A DNA stretch of 64,000 nt from Candidatus Moraniibacteriota bacterium (GTDB taxonomy: Bacteria > Patescibacteriota > Minisyncoccia > Moranbacterales > DUUL01). This document shows positions 33,934 through 45,227 of the stretch, one piece after another; the first letter of the stretch is position 1; each line of letters begins with the position of its first letter. The stretch lies in contig JBFHFF010000001.1 of NCBI GenBank assembly GCA_041583775.1, positions 158,725-222,724 on the forward strand, in the 5' to 3' direction. The notes below the pieces were generated by a model. That model saw only the letters and a program-made list of their open reading frames with translations, was not told the DNA's origin and did not search any database. The translations under genes and the position numbers were made by a program.

Positions 33934-35913
33934 CTACACTTTCAAAATCCTCTTTTTAAGCGTAGAAATCTCATCACGAATTACAGCTGCTCTTTCAAAT
34001 TCCATCTGTTTTGCAGCTTCTTTCATTTCTAAGGTTCTCATTTTAATATATTTTTTAATTTCTTTCGGAGACTCAAATCTCAATACTGGATCCTTAAACT
34101 TGTCCTGTTCACTGGCACCATTTTTGCTCATAATTGATTTGATTTCTTTTTGAATGGTTTTGGGAGTGATATCGTGTTTTTTATTAAATGCCTTCTGCTT
34201 TTTCCTTCTTCTTTTAGTTTCGTCTATAGCTTTTTTCATAGATTTTGTGATGGAATCAGCATACAAAATAACTTCTCCGTTCACATTCCTGGCAGCTCTT
34301 CCAATTGTTTGAATAAGTGAAGTTTCACTTCTTAGAAAACCTTCTTTGTCTGCATCTAAAATTGCAACAAGTGAAACTTCTGGCAAATCCAATCCTTCCC
34401 GTAGCAAATTCACTCCCACCAAAACATCGATCTTCCCAAGGCGCAGTTCTTCTAGAATTCTAATTCTATCTAAAGTATCCACACCACTGTGCAAATATTC
34501 AGATTTTAAGCCATCCTCTTCTTTTAGGTGTTCTGCTAGGTCTTCTGCCATTTTCTTGGTTAAAGTTGTGATCAAAACCCTCTCATTTTTCAAAGTTCGA
34601 GGTTTAATTTCAGTTACAACATCCCTAACTTGATTTTCACAAGGTCTGATTTCAATTTTAGGATCGATAAGACCTGTTGGCCTAACAATTTGCTCAACGA
34701 CTTTTCCTTTTGATTTATCCAATTCATACTGAGCTGGTGTTGCTGACATATAAACAACTTGCTTAACCTTTTTTTCAAATTCTTCAAATTTCAAGGGTCT
34801 ATTGTCAAAAGCACTTGGCAATCGGAAACCGAAATCAATCAAGTTTTTTTTTCGAGAAAAATCTCCACCATACATCGCCCTAAGCTGAGGAATTGTTACA
34901 TGGGATTCATCAATTATAGTCAAAAAATCTTTACCGAAATAATCCATTAATGTGTATGGTGATTCACCAGCTTTTCTGCCACTTAAATATAAAGAATAAT
35001 TTTCAATTCCGCTACAATATCCTATTTCCTCAATCATCTCTGTGTCAAAATTTGTCCTTCTTCTAATTCTCTCTGCCTCGATAATTTTGCCTTTCTCTTC
35101 AAAAAATTTAACTCTCTCCTCCATTTCTTGTTTTATCTCTGATACTGATTTTTTCATTACAGAATCTGGTGCCACAAAATGCTTTGCTGGAAAAACAAAT
35201 ACTGTTTTCATATCCCTATCAAAAACCTCTCCAGTCAAATTATCATATTCGTACATCCTTATAATTTTTCCATTCTGAAGTTCAACGCGAATCACAACTT
35301 CCTTATCTGGTCTCATAATTTCAAAAGTTTCACCGTGCAATCGAAACTTTCCTCTAAGCAGAACATCACTCCTTAAATATTGTAGTTCTATTAATTTTTT
35401 CAAGATTTCTTTTCTATCGATTTTTTGTTTCTTATTTAGCGTCAGAATTTTTTGTTCATAAAACTCTGGTGAGCCCAAACCATATATACATGAAACACTG
35501 GCGACAACAATCACATCTTTTCGAGAGATGAGTGAGGCAGTTGCAGAATGTCTAAGTTTATCAATTTCCTCATTAATTTCTAGATCTTTTTCAATAAAAA
35601 CATCTTGTGCTGGCATATAGGCTTCTGGTTGATAATAGTCATAATAAGAAACGAAATATTCAACCGCATTATTAGGAAAAAATTGACGAAATTCACTTAC
35701 AAGTTGCGCTGCGAGTGTTTTGTTGTGAGCAATGACAAGTGTTGGTTTTTGAACTTTCTCAATAACATTTGCGATTGTAAAAGTCTTACCTGATCCAGTT
35801 ACACCAACAAGTGTTTGATTTTTTTTTCCATCCTTAAAACCAGCTGATATTTTTTCAATCGCCACTGGTTGATCTCCTGCTGGTTTATATTTGGAAATTA
35901 GTTTAAATTTCAT
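33934..35913 (-). CDS. uvrB: Excinuclease ABC subunit B
   Basis: [33 protein letters not shown]-terminal UVR domain. Confidence 0.99.
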   Translation of the reverse strand: MKFKLISKYKPAGDQPVAIEKISAGFKDGKKNQTLVGVTGSGKTFTIANVIEKVQKPTLVIAHNKTLAAQLVSEFRQFFPNNAVEYFVSYYDYYQPEAYMPAQDVFIEKDLEINEEIDKLRHSATASLISRKDVIVVASVSCIYGLGSPEFYEQKILTLNKKQKIDRKEILKKLIELQYLRSDVLLRGKFRLHGETFEIMRPDKEVVIRVELQNGKIIRMYEYDNLTGEVFDRDMKTVFVFPAKHFVAPDSVMKKSVSEIKQEMEERVKFFEEKGKIIEAERIRRRTNFDTEMIEEIGYCSGIENYSLYLSGRKAGESPYTLMDYFGKDFLTIIDESHVTIPQLRAMYGGDFSRKKNLIDFGFRLPSAFDNRPLKFEEFEKKVKQVVYMSATPAQYELDKSKGKVVEQIVRPTGLIDPKIEIRPCENQVRDVVTEIKPRTLKNERVLITTLTKKMAEDLAEHLKEEDGLKSEYLHSGVDTLDRIRILEELRLGKIDVLVGVNLLREGLDLPEVSLVAILDADKEGFLRSETSLIQTIGRAARNVNGEVILYADSITKSMKKAIDETKRRRKKQKAFNKKHDITPKTIQKEIKSIMSKNGASEQDKFKDPVLRFESPKEIKKYIKMRTLEMKEAAKQMEFERAAVIRDEISTLKKRILKV

Positions 35914-36065
35914 TGATTTATAAGATTTTTCGTCCCCTTACTGTAATATGAAAAGTGATTTAAGTCAATTGACTTTTTAGGTTCTTTTTGCTAAAGTTTA
36001 GATTGTTAAGAGTTGTGTTATCTCGCAAGGACGAGCTTATAAAAAACTACTTAGAAACGGAATAA

Positions 36066-36419
36066 ATGCCTTTTTTAAAAAAGATTTCTTTTCTCATTAT
36101 TAGTAACGCCATAGCAATTTATGTTGCGGCTTGGCTTATTTCTGGAATTACTTTTGAAGTTTCTTTTTTAAACCTACTAAAGGCTGGTGCTTTGTTAGGG
36201 CTTGTAAATTCCCTTATCAAACCAGTTTTAAAACTTTTATCACTTCCCTTGATTCTCTTCTCTTTAGGAACTTTTATTGTTTTTATCAATATTGGTTTAC
36301 TATATTTTGTTGCCAGCGCTTTTGATTTTTTCACAATCAATGGATTCTGGTCCGCATTATGGGGAGTCTTCATTATAAGTTTAGTAAATTTTTTTATCAC
36401 AAACTTAATAGAAGAATAA
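36066..36419 (+). CDS. YvlD-like 4-TM membrane protein ('phage holin family')
   Basis: GLVNSLIKPVLKLLSLPL...GFWSALWG. Confidence 0.85.
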   Translation: MPFLKKISFLIISNAIAIYVAAWLISGITFEVSFLNLLKAGALLGLVNSLIKPVLKLLSLPLILFSLGTFIVFINIGLLYFVASAFDFFTINGFWSALWGVFIISLVNFFITNLIEE

Positions 36420-36445
36420 ACAAACCTAAAAAATATTTAAATTAG

Positions 36446-36673
36446 ATGAAAGATTTTCTCACATATGCTCAGCTTATAATTTCAGTTCTTCTTGTAATTT
36501 CAGTTCTTTTGCAAAATCGTGGTTCTGGTCTATCCGCGGCATTTGGTGGCGACTTTAGTGGTTTTCACACCAAAAGAGGAATTGAGAAATTTCTTTTCAT
36601 TTCTTCAAGCATTCTTGGGGGATTATTTATTATCAATGCGCTTGCAACAATAATTATTTCTGCAAAAGGTTAA
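36446..36673 (+). CDS. secG: Preprotein translocase subunit SecG
   Basis: VLLQNRGSGLSAAFGG; two TMs. Confidence 0.93.
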   Translation: MKDFLTYAQLIISVLLVISVLLQNRGSGLSAAFGGDFSGFHTKRGIEKFLFISSSILGGLFIINALATIIISAKG

Positions 36674-36766
36674 TTATTATCTTTAACTTACTTTATTTAT
36701 AAAGGGACTTTTGAATAAATAGTTCGAACAACATTCAATATGTCTTTAATGGATTAACAAATACTA

Positions 36767-38479
36767 ATGTCGAAGCAGTTAAGATTTTCTTTCCCAAATC
36801 AACTTAAAAACTTTGGTGCCGTTCTCTCTAAAAAAGAAAGGGTGTTCCTTTATTTAGCAGTTTTTATTCTCATATTTTCACTTTTAGCTTGGGCTATAAA
36901 ATTCTACATTTCTTCGACACAGGAAGTTCCTACTATAGGAGGTGAATATACTGAAGGTGTGATCGGACAACCTAGTTACATCAACCCCATCCTAGCTCCT
37001 ACAAATGAAACAGACTTGGCTATTTCAAGATTAATTTTCTCATCATTGATGACTTATGACACAAAAGGCGCATTAAAAAATGATATCACTGAAAATTATC
37101 GCATTGAAGATGATGGTAAAAAATATATTTTCAATATAAAAAAAGGCGTGAAATGGCATGACGATACTGAACTTACTGCTAATGACATTGCATTTACAAT
37201 TGAAATCATCAAAAACAAACTCTTCAATGCTCCATTAACTTTGCGTGCTGATTGGCAAGACATCACGGTAAATGTTGAAAATGATTACACTATTTCATTT
37301 TCTCTAACAGAACCCAATATCACTTTTTTAAACAAAACAACCTTTGGCATTTTACCGCAACATATCTTCAAGAACATAACCAGCGACAAGTTTCGTTTAA
37401 GCGAATTCAATCTAAAACCAGTAGGTTCTGGTCCTTTTGTTTTTTCCAATTACGAACAAGATAACGAGGGAAATATAATCTCATATCAACTTCTAGCAAA
37501 TTCAAATTATCATGCTAAAAGACCTTATCTTGAAAAAATTAATTTTGACTTCTACAGTGATAAAGAAAGTTTATACGAAGCATACAAAAAAAAGGAAATT
37601 AATGGCTTAACGGCTTTGCCATATGAAGAAATAAGTACTTTCTCTGAACGAAGCGATACAACACTTCATATCTTGAAAACTTCACAATATTTTGCAACCT
37701 ATTTTAATCAAACAAAATCAGTACCATTAGCAGATGTTGAGGTTCGCAAAGCTCTAATTTATGGCACAAACAGACAGGAGATCATTGATGGCTTTTTCTT
37801 AGGAAATGCCTCTCCTGTATTTTCACCTATTATCCCAGATTTTGGTGACTTCTCAACAACTCAAACAGAAACCTATGCATTTGATCAATTAAAAGCAGAG
37901 GAAACCTTAGAAAATGCTGGTTGGTTAAAACAAGATGATGGCACTAGAAAAAAGGGAGATGAGATATTAAAAATAATCTTATCTGTTTATGGAGACTATC
38001 CTTCTTATGCAAAAATAGCTGAGTCACTCAAATCTCAGTGGGAAAAAATTGGAGTTCAAACAGAACTTTCTTTTCTAGAGGAATTAGCCTTTCAAAATGC
38101 GATCGAACCTAGAGAATATGAATCCGTTTTATACGGACAACCATACATTGGTAATGACCCTGACCCCTTCTTTTTCTGGCATTCTTCCAGAAAAAAACAT
38201 CCCGGACAGAACTTTGCTTTATACGAAAATGAAGAAGTTGATGATATTTTAGCTGATGCAAGGGGCAACATTTCTCTCGAGGAAAGACAAGCTAAATATG
38301 CAGAATTTGAAGAAAAACTATTAAAAGATGCTCCCGCACTATTTATTTGTAGCCCACAATTTGTATACATTACAAATTCAAAAATAAAAGGCGATGAAAC
38401 ATCTGCAATAGTAAACCTTTCTTATAGATTTTCTGATATCACAAATTGGTATATCAAAACTGTCAGGGAAAGAAAATAG
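36767..38479 (+). CDS. Peptide ABC transporter substrate-binding protein (family 5), TM-anchored
   Basis: KWHDDTELTANDIAFT, PVGSGPF, VRKAL. Confidence 0.9.
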   Translation: MSKQLRFSFPNQLKNFGAVLSKKERVFLYLAVFILIFSLLAWAIKFYISSTQEVPTIGGEYTEGVIGQPSYINPILAPTNETDLAISRLIFSSLMTYDTKGALKNDITENYRIEDDGKKYIFNIKKGVKWHDDTELTANDIAFTIEIIKNKLFNAPLTLRADWQDITVNVENDYTISFSLTEPNITFLNKTTFGILPQHIFKNITSDKFRLSEFNLKPVGSGPFVFSNYEQDNEGNIISYQLLANSNYHAKRPYLEKINFDFYSDKESLYEAYKKKEINGLTALPYEEISTFSERSDTTLHILKTSQYFATYFNQTKSVPLADVEVRKALIYGTNRQEIIDGFFLGNASPVFSPIIPDFGDFSTTQTETYAFDQLKAEETLENAGWLKQDDGTRKKGDEILKIILSVYGDYPSYAKIAESLKSQWEKIGVQTELSFLEELAFQNAIEPREYESVLYGQPYIGNDPDPFFFWHSSRKKHPGQNFALYENEEVDDILADARGNISLEERQAKYAEFEEKLLKDAPALFICSPQFVYITNSKIKGDETSAIVNLSYRFSDITNWYIKTVRERK

Positions 38480-38534
38480 TTCAATAAGCTTTTTGCTAAA
38501 ATTTTTAAAATATAAAAAATTAAATCATACTAAA

Positions 38535-39536
38535 ATGCAAAATGAAATTTTGGATAAGTACAATATGCGTCAATTGATTATTGACTATCCAAATCAAATG
38601 GATATGGGGAAAAAATTTGTAGAAAAAGTTGATCTAGAAAAATTACCCAAAAAATATTCTAATTTAATCATCTGTGGAATGGGTGGCTCTGGCCATCCAG
38701 GAGAACTTTTGGATGAATTCTTGAACTCAGAAAACAAAAGATTTTCTTTACCTATAAAGGTACAAAGGAGTTACAGTCTTCCTAAGCTTGCAAATAAAAA
38801 TTCCTTGATTTTCATTTCTTCTTACTCTGGGAACACTGAAGAAACTATTTCCTGTTTTGAGGAAGCCTTAAAACTTGGTGCTACAATAGTCTCTTTTGCT
38901 GCCGGAGGAAAAGTGGAAGAAATTTCAAAGAAAAATTCAGTCCCTTTTGTTAAATATGTCATGAATTTTGAAGGATTTCAACCTCGCTATGCACTCACTT
39001 ACGCACTGGTAGCAATGAATGAGGTATTGACAAAATTAAAACTATCTGATACAATAGAAAATCTTCCCAAACTAAATAGTAGGGATCTTGAAATTTCAGG
39101 AGAAGAATTGTCAAAAAAACTAAAGGGTAAGACCCCTATTGTTTATTCTTCGGATAATTTTAAAATTGGAGCAAAAATGCTCAAAATTAAAATTAACGAA
39201 AATTCAAAGACTCCCGCTTTTTGGAATTATTTCCCTGAGCTCAGTCATAATGAAATGGTCGGATTTACAAATCCACAAGCAAATTTTTATGTTTTGATGT
39301 TCGAAGATGAAAACGATCATCCCCAAATCAAAAAAAGGTTTGCTATTACGAAAAAATTATACGAACAAAAAGGCTTAGAAGTAGAAATACTTAGAATCAA
39401 TGGGAAATCATACCTTGAAAAAATACTAAATATCTTCATTTTAGGCGACTGGATTTCTTATTATCTTGCCTACGAATATGGACAAGACCCAACACCTGTT
39501 GATATGGTGGAGGATTTAAAGAAAATGTTAGAATAG
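38535..39536 (+). CDS. Bifunctional phosphoglucose/phosphomannose isomerase
   Basis: CGMGGS, SSYSGNTEET, QPR, NENSK, PELSHNE. Confidence 0.93.
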   Translation: MQNEILDKYNMRQLIIDYPNQMDMGKKFVEKVDLEKLPKKYSNLIICGMGGSGHPGELLDEFLNSENKRFSLPIKVQRSYSLPKLANKNSLIFISSYSGNTEETISCFEEALKLGATIVSFAAGGKVEEISKKNSVPFVKYVMNFEGFQPRYALTYALVAMNEVLTKLKLSDTIENLPKLNSRDLEISGEELSKKLKGKTPIVYSSDNFKIGAKMLKIKINENSKTPAFWNYFPELSHNEMVGFTNPQANFYVLMFEDENDHPQIKKRFAITKKLYEQKGLEVEILRINGKSYLEKILNIFILGDWISYYLAYEYGQDPTPVDMVEDLKKMLE

Positions 39537-39889
39537 AAAAATTTATTTTATAGATTTTGAGTAGCAAATTGTATCTTACAATACAGTTTGTCTCTCAAAG
39601 TTTTACAAAAAACAAAGGTTTGTGACAACACGCTAAAACAAGAGCAAAAGTCATATAAAGAACTTTTTTGTATTCAATTTGTCGAAATTGAACTTTTTCC
39701 GTAAATCTTTCGAAAATTTTTGAATGTTACTTATGTATGTTCAAAAAAATAAAACTTTAATATAGTTTTAAATTCTCAAAAAGAGAATGTATTGTGTTGT
39801 TTTCAACTTCACAAAATACACACTGACTGTGAATTGTCTTGCTGTGTAATTAAAATCATAATTCACAACTTATTTATAATTAGTACAAA

Positions 39890-41710
39890 ATGAACACTAG
39901 AAAAACAACTGGGGCGAAGGATTCTTCCTCTCCTCATGTTAACAACAAAAAAAGGCCTATGCATGGGCACAGAAGACCAATGAGGTCAACAAATGCTCCA
40001 GAGAAAATGTCTCCTACAATTAGTAACAGACATCCAAACTCAAAAAAACACCTTAGAATCATTCCTGTAGGTGGATTTGATGAAATCGGTAGAAATATGA
40101 CGATATTTGAATATGGAAACGATATCATCATCGTAGATATGGGACTTATGTTTCCCGAAGAAGATATGATGGGAATCGACTATATCATTCCTAATATCGA
40201 ATATCTAAAAAAGAATCAGAAAAAAATACGAGGTGTAATTATCACTCATGGTCATTTTGATCATATTGGTGCAATTCCACACATTATGCCAGAAATTGGA
40301 AATCCTCCAATTTATACCGCTGAACTAACAAAAGCGATGATTCTCAAAAGACAAGAGGATTACAAGCAACACGCTCCACTAAATGTAAAGACTGTTAGAA
40401 AAATTGACAGACTCGTACTTGGTGAATTTAGAGTTGAATTTTTTCATGTAAACCACTCTATTCCAGATGCAATCGGACTTGCAATACACACGCCTTGTGG
40501 AACAGCGATTCACACAGGAGACTTTAAATTTGACCATTCTCCAGCTAATGATGCACCTGCTGATATTGCAAAAATTGCAAGATTAGGATCCGAAGGAGTT
40601 TTAGCACTCTTCTCTGATAGCACTGACTCCACTAAAGAGGGTTACAGTGTTTCAGAATCTGTTATTAAGAAAGGAATTGAGGAAATTTTCGAAAAAGCCA
40701 AGGGTCGTGTTATTATTGCAACTTTTTCATCACTAGTTAGCCGTATTCAGCAAGTTGCTGAAGTTACAGAACAGTTTGGGAGAAAACTTGCAGTTGATGG
40801 TTATTCTATGAAAAATAATGTTGCGATTGCAAAAGAACTCGGTTATATAAACGCAAAAGATTCGACCTTTATTGATATCAAGCAAGTCAAAAATTATCCT
40901 GACAACAAAGTCACTATTATGTGCACAGGGGCTCAAGGTGAAGGAAATGCCGTTTTAATGAGAATTATCAACGGAGAACATCGCTTTATAAGAATACAAA
41001 AAGGAGACACCGTTGTATTTTCTTCTTCTGTCATTCCTGGAAATGAAAGAACTATCCAAGGAATGAAAGATACTCTATATAAGAAGGGGGCTGAGGTAAT
41101 GCATTATAAAATGATGGACATCCATTCTGGAGGACACGGAGCACAGGAAGACCTAAAAATGATGATAAACTTGGTAAGGCCAAAATACCTTGTACCCGCA
41201 CATGGAACTTATTATATGAGGAAAATACACGGTGAATTGGGAAAAACAATGCGTATGGCTGATGATAAAATTATTTTAGGAGAAAATGGTCTCGTGCTTG
41301 AGTTTGACGAAAATGGAAATCGAGTTCCTACACAAGAAAAAATTCCAAGTTCTTATGTTATGGTTGATGGACTGGGAGTTGGTGATGTTGGAAATGTGGT
41401 CCTTCGTGATCGACAACTATTAGCTGAAGATGGGATGTTTATGATTGTAACAATTATTGAAAAGAAAACCGGTGAAGTTATCGGGGAACCACAAGTAACA
41501 TCAAGGGGATTTATCTATGTTAAAGAAAATTTTGATCTTGTGAATGCCACAAAGAAAAGAGTAAAGACCATTATTGATAAGTCAACTTCAAAAGAAGGAT
41601 CTCCAAATTGGGACTATATCAAAAACAGTATTCGTGATGATTTAGGACAATTCTTGTTCCAAAAAACACAACGAAGGCCAATGATACTTCCAGTTATTAT
41701 TGAAGTTTAG
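39890..41710 (+). CDS. rnj: Ribonuclease J
   Basis: GGFDEIGRNM, THGHFDHIG, HTGDFK, HSGGH, RRPMILPVI. Confidence 0.96.
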   Translation: MNTRKTTGAKDSSSPHVNNKKRPMHGHRRPMRSTNAPEKMSPTISNRHPNSKKHLRIIPVGGFDEIGRNMTIFEYGNDIIIVDMGLMFPEEDMMGIDYIIPNIEYLKKNQKKIRGVIITHGHFDHIGAIPHIMPEIGNPPIYTAELTKAMILKRQEDYKQHAPLNVKTVRKIDRLVLGEFRVEFFHVNHSIPDAIGLAIHTPCGTAIHTGDFKFDHSPANDAPADIAKIARLGSEGVLALFSDSTDSTKEGYSVSESVIKKGIEEIFEKAKGRVIIATFSSLVSRIQQVAEVTEQFGRKLAVDGYSMKNNVAIAKELGYINAKDSTFIDIKQVKNYPDNKVTIMCTGAQGEGNAVLMRIINGEHRFIRIQKGDTVVFSSSVIPGNERTIQGMKDTLYKKGAEVMHYKMMDIHSGGHGAQEDLKMMINLVRPKYLVPAHGTYYMRKIHGELGKTMRMADDKIILGENGLVLEFDENGNRVPTQEKIPSSYVMVDGLGVGDVGNVVLRDRQLLAEDGMFMIVTIIEKKTGEVIGEPQVTSRGFIYVKENFDLVNATKKRVKTIIDKSTSKEGSPNWDYIKNSIRDDLGQFLFQKTQRRPMILPVIIEV

Positions 41711-42029
41711 TTTCAATTTCTACAAACAAAAAACACCAATTTAAAAGAGTTGGTGTTTTTTTGACAATTCTAATTTTTTTATATTTAACCTTATAAATAA
41801 TCCTTCAAATAACCATTCCCAGATTAACACAACAGAAAACATACACTGCTTGCGAAAAATTATTGTGCATAAAAAATTTTCTTTTTTGCCCACCTTAATA
41901 ACTTTTTTTATTGACACGCCATTAAATTTCCAACTTTAATTCCTTGCCCTTTTTCATTCCCTAAAATAATCGCTTTCGATAAACCAAAAAGTCTATTGAC
42001 AAGCTATTTTAGAGTGATAACATAACAAT

Positions 42030-42135
42030 GAACTAGGAAAACATAAGGCGCTTCTCTTCTTTAGATGCTTGCTTTCTATAAAATAAAAAGCATAAGTCAA
42101 ATTGGGCGTACGATGTTTCTCCTAGTTCTTTTTCT
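42030..42135 (+). ncRNA. Candidate ~100-nt rod-shaped small RNA
   Basis: TTGACA-N16-TAACAT upstream; gaactagg/cctagttc, aaacat/atgttt, cgctt/gggcg and atgctt/aagcat nested stems; T-run. Confidence 0.45.
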
Positions 42136-42249
42136 AAGCTAAAAACGAAAATGCCCTTTTGGGCTTTTTTTATTACAAATCAACAAAACTGTCTAATAAT
42201 ACCTTTACAACCTGATTTAAAAAACACCCTCTTATGGGGTGTTTTTTGT

Positions 42250-42325
<76 letters not shown>

Positions 42326-42347
42326 AAATATTAATTCTGAATTCCAG

Positions 42348-42430
42348 TGGGCCGGGAGAGATTTGAACTCCCGTAGGCTTTCGCCGCCTGATTTACAGTC
42401 AGGTGCATTTGACCACTCTGCCACCGACCC
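42348..42430 (-). tRNA. tRNA-Tyr(GTA)
   Basis: CCTGA-CT-GTA-AA-TCAGG; long variable arm. Confidence 0.97.
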
Positions 42431-42461
42431 AATAATTCATTTTATAAACTTCCAATTCCTG

Positions 42462-42534
42462 AGCCGATGCGCGGATTTGAACCGCGGACTTACTCCTTAC
42501 CATGGAGTTACTCTACCAACTGAGTTACATCGGC
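42462..42534 (-). tRNA. tRNA-Thr(GGT)
   Basis: ACTCC-AT-GGT-AA-GGAGT. Confidence 0.96.
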
Positions 42535-42597
42535 AATTATATTTCAAATTAAACAAAAAGTCAACGCCTAAAAATAGACATCTTCTTAGGTTTATCG

Positions 42598-43707
42598 CTA
42601 TTTTAAACGCTTTAACAATTTTATTTTCTCCAACTTTCTGCTTGCATCAACATCCCTAGCAGAAATTTTTAGAATAAATTTATAAGCACTATATGCATCA
42701 TCAAAATTCTCCATCTTGATGTATAATTCCCCAAGTTGTCTATAACCTTCTATATCTTTAGGGTTAGTGGCAATTTTTTGTAGAATTCTTTTTTCTAGAA
42801 TTTTCCTATCAACACCAAGGTCATCATCATCGTTTATATCTCTTTGAGAAACTTGTCTCGCTCTAACAACATCTTTCATATAAACATCTTCTTCTTTTGC
42901 TGAAAAGTCCTTCTTGACAACAGTCACTCCATCAGAAAATTCATTGAATGACTCTTCTGTTAGAATTTTTCTCTTACCAACTATCTCCTCTTTTTTAAAA
43001 GGGTTTATTTTATTAAAAAAACCTTTTTTTGAAATATTTTCCTCTTTTTCAGTTTCTTTTTTTTCCGCGACTTCTAAATTTTCTTCTTGTTCATAATAGT
43101 CGTTAGTTGAAATATTTTGTGATAAACTTTCTTTTCTAACACTTGCCATAGGTTTTTGAAAAAAATCTTTCACTTTATTGTCTTTGTTGTCTTTCTCAAC
43201 AATATCAACTTCTCTTGTGAAATTATCATTACTTTTTTCTTTCTTATTCTCCTGTACTACAAAAAAATGGTCTCTATTGGAAATGTTTTTTGTATCTCTT
43301 GAAAATCTACTTTTCAAATTGCTTAACTTATTTTTAGATTTTTTTTCGATAACATCCCCTGCTAAACTTTCAGTATTTTTATCAATTTTAACAAAAGGCG
43401 CTTGAGAATCTCCCATGGATTTCCTTTTTGCTTTCATCTCCAATAATCCAGAATGAGCCGCCTTCAAAGCCTTTCCCGCACTACCAATTATTGTCTCTGC
43501 TATCCAAACAAAAAAATCTGAAAATTTGGACCAAAGAAAGCCAAAAGAAAATCCTTTCTTCTGTTCTTCTTTTCTTCCAACATCGCCCCTTAATCTCAAA
43601 CTCTTCTCAGCTTGTTTAAAGTTTTTTAAATTCTTACCAAAAATCCCAATTATTATAACTAAACTGGTAAAAATTAGTACTATTAAAATAATGTTAAACT
43701 TATCCAT
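42598..43707 (-). CDS. Membrane-anchored protein with C-terminal TPR
   Basis: N-terminal TM, charged linker, NPKDIEGYRQLGELY...DAYSAYKFILKI. Confidence 0.75.
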   Translation of the reverse strand: MDKFNIILIVLIFTSLVIIIGIFGKNLKNFKQAEKSLRLRGDVGRKEEQKKGFSFGFLWSKFSDFFVWIAETIIGSAGKALKAAHSGLLEMKAKRKSMGDSQAPFVKIDKNTESLAGDVIEKKSKNKLSNLKSRFSRDTKNISNRDHFFVVQENKKEKSNDNFTREVDIVEKDNKDNKVKDFFQKPMASVRKESLSQNISTNDYYEQEENLEVAEKKETEKEENISKKGFFNKINPFKKEEIVGKRKILTEESFNEFSDGVTVVKKDFSAKEEDVYMKDVVRARQVSQRDINDDDDLGVDRKILEKRILQKIATNPKDIEGYRQLGELYIKMENFDDAYSAYKFILKISARDVDASRKLEKIKLLKRLK

Positions 43708-43728
43708 CACGACCAATGTTATAGAAAA

Positions 43729-44508
43729 TTATTTCTTCTTTAATTCATTCACCTTAACAAAAACAATTGATTTGTCTTCTAATTCAACCTTAAGTTTTTC
43801 GCTTAATGTCATTTGTTCAATCACTTTTCCTTTTTTATCGCCAACTTCTACAATAGCACCTCTCTGTGGCATCTCCTTCATCATTTCTTGATATTGTTTT
43901 GCCTCATATGAAAGACAACACATCAATCTCCCACACAAACCAGAAATTCTTTCTGATCCTCTATGAGAAATAAACTGACAACGCGCCATTTCTGTTGAAA
44001 TACTACACATACTGCCCGGCATCTGTCTACAACACAACTCTCTACCACAGATTCCATAACCGCCACAACGCTTAGCTTCATCGCGAGAACCGATTTGTTG
44101 TAATCTTATTGATTTACCATATCTAGAAGAAAGATTTTTAACCAACTGCCTAAAATCGACCCTTCCATCAGCAACAAAAGCGATAACCGCACAACTTCCA
44201 TCCAGACTAATACGAACATCGATAATCTTCATCGGGACTTCTAGCGCCCTTGTTTCTTTCTTGGCCTCAGCTAACATTTCTCGCTCTCTTGTCTTGTAAT
44301 TCAAAGTCATCTCCAAATCCTGCGAAGTCGCTTTCCTGTTAACATTTCCAGCAACATCCTCACCTTCAACATTTTTATCTTCTATCAGAACATCTGCAAC
44401 AAAAAGCCCCCATTCATGCTCAACCACAACTTTGTCGCCTTTTTGAACTCCTTTTGTTGTTGTCGTAACATTTCTTGGCTGATCCCAATCAAAAAATCGA
44501 ATAATCAT
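43729..44508 (-). CDS. ricT: PSP1-domain / RicT (YaaT)-like protein
   Basis: GRVDFRQLV, IGSRDEAK, GICGRELCC, SGLCGRLMCCLSYE. Confidence 0.88.
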   Translation of the reverse strand: MIIRFFDWDQPRNVTTTTKGVQKGDKVVVEHEWGLFVADVLIEDKNVEGEDVAGNVNRKATSQDLEMTLNYKTREREMLAEAKKETRALEVPMKIIDVRISLDGSCAVIAFVADGRVDFRQLVKNLSSRYGKSIRLQQIGSRDEAKRCGGYGICGRELCCRQMPGSMCSISTEMARCQFISHRGSERISGLCGRLMCCLSYEAKQYQEMMKEMPQRGAIVEVGDKKGKVIEQMTLSEKLKVELEDKSIVFVKVNELKKK

Positions 44509-44550
44509 ACTATTGTGGGGTTTATAATAGATTCTCCTCGAATCCTTGAA

Positions 44551-45129
44551 TTATAGTTGCATTCTTGTGAATTCACCAACTTTGATGTTTTCACCCATTT
44601 TACCAGCTGCTTCTTTAACAATCTCCTCTACAGTTCTCTCTGGATCTTTTACAAAAGATTGAGAGAGTAATGCATTCTCTCCTCGCAATTTCTGCTCCTT
44701 TCCTTCCATAATTTTTGCCACAATTTCAGCTGGCTTTCCTTCTTCTACTAATTCTTCAGACCACATTTTTTTATGTTCATCCACAATATCTTCAGGAATT
44801 TGGTCGGGAGAAATACTTTTTGGATTCATTGCCGCAATATGCATTGCAATATCCTCTCCAAGAGAAACAAATTCTTCGTTTCTAGCAACAAAATCTGTTT
44901 CGCAAAGCAATTTAACAAGAACCGCAACCTTACCATTTGAGTGAACATATGAAGCTATAATTCCTTCACTAGCGTCTCTATCGCCTTTTTTATCAGCTTT
45001 TTCTAGACCTCTTTTTCGCAAAAGCTCAATTGTTTTTGCCTCATCTCCATCTGCTTCGTCTAGTGCTTTTTTGATATCAATAACACCAGCACCTGTCTGA
45101 TTTCTAATTTTTTTTATTAATTCCAACAT
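44551..45129 (-). CDS. tsf: Elongation factor Ts (short form)
   Basis: IRNQTGAG, SEG, CETDFVA. Confidence 0.96.
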   Translation of the reverse strand: MLELIKKIRNQTGAGVIDIKKALDEADGDEAKTIELLRKRGLEKADKKGDRDASEGIIASYVHSNGKVAVLVKLLCETDFVARNEEFVSLGEDIAMHIAAMNPKSISPDQIPEDIVDEHKKMWSEELVEEGKPAEIVAKIMEGKEQKLRGENALLSQSFVKDPERTVEEIVKEAAGKMGENIKVGEFTRMQL

Positions 45130-45227
45130 ACCGATTTTATTTAAACCGAACAATACTAACCTATATTGTTCCTTTTTATTAGCTTTTTTAATACAATAAA
45201 TAAAGATCTTATATCTCTATTGTTTGT

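Noticed and set aside
36066-36419. Holin as evidence of a prophage
   Set aside because: YvlD-like family is commonly chromosomal; here it lies in an operon with secG
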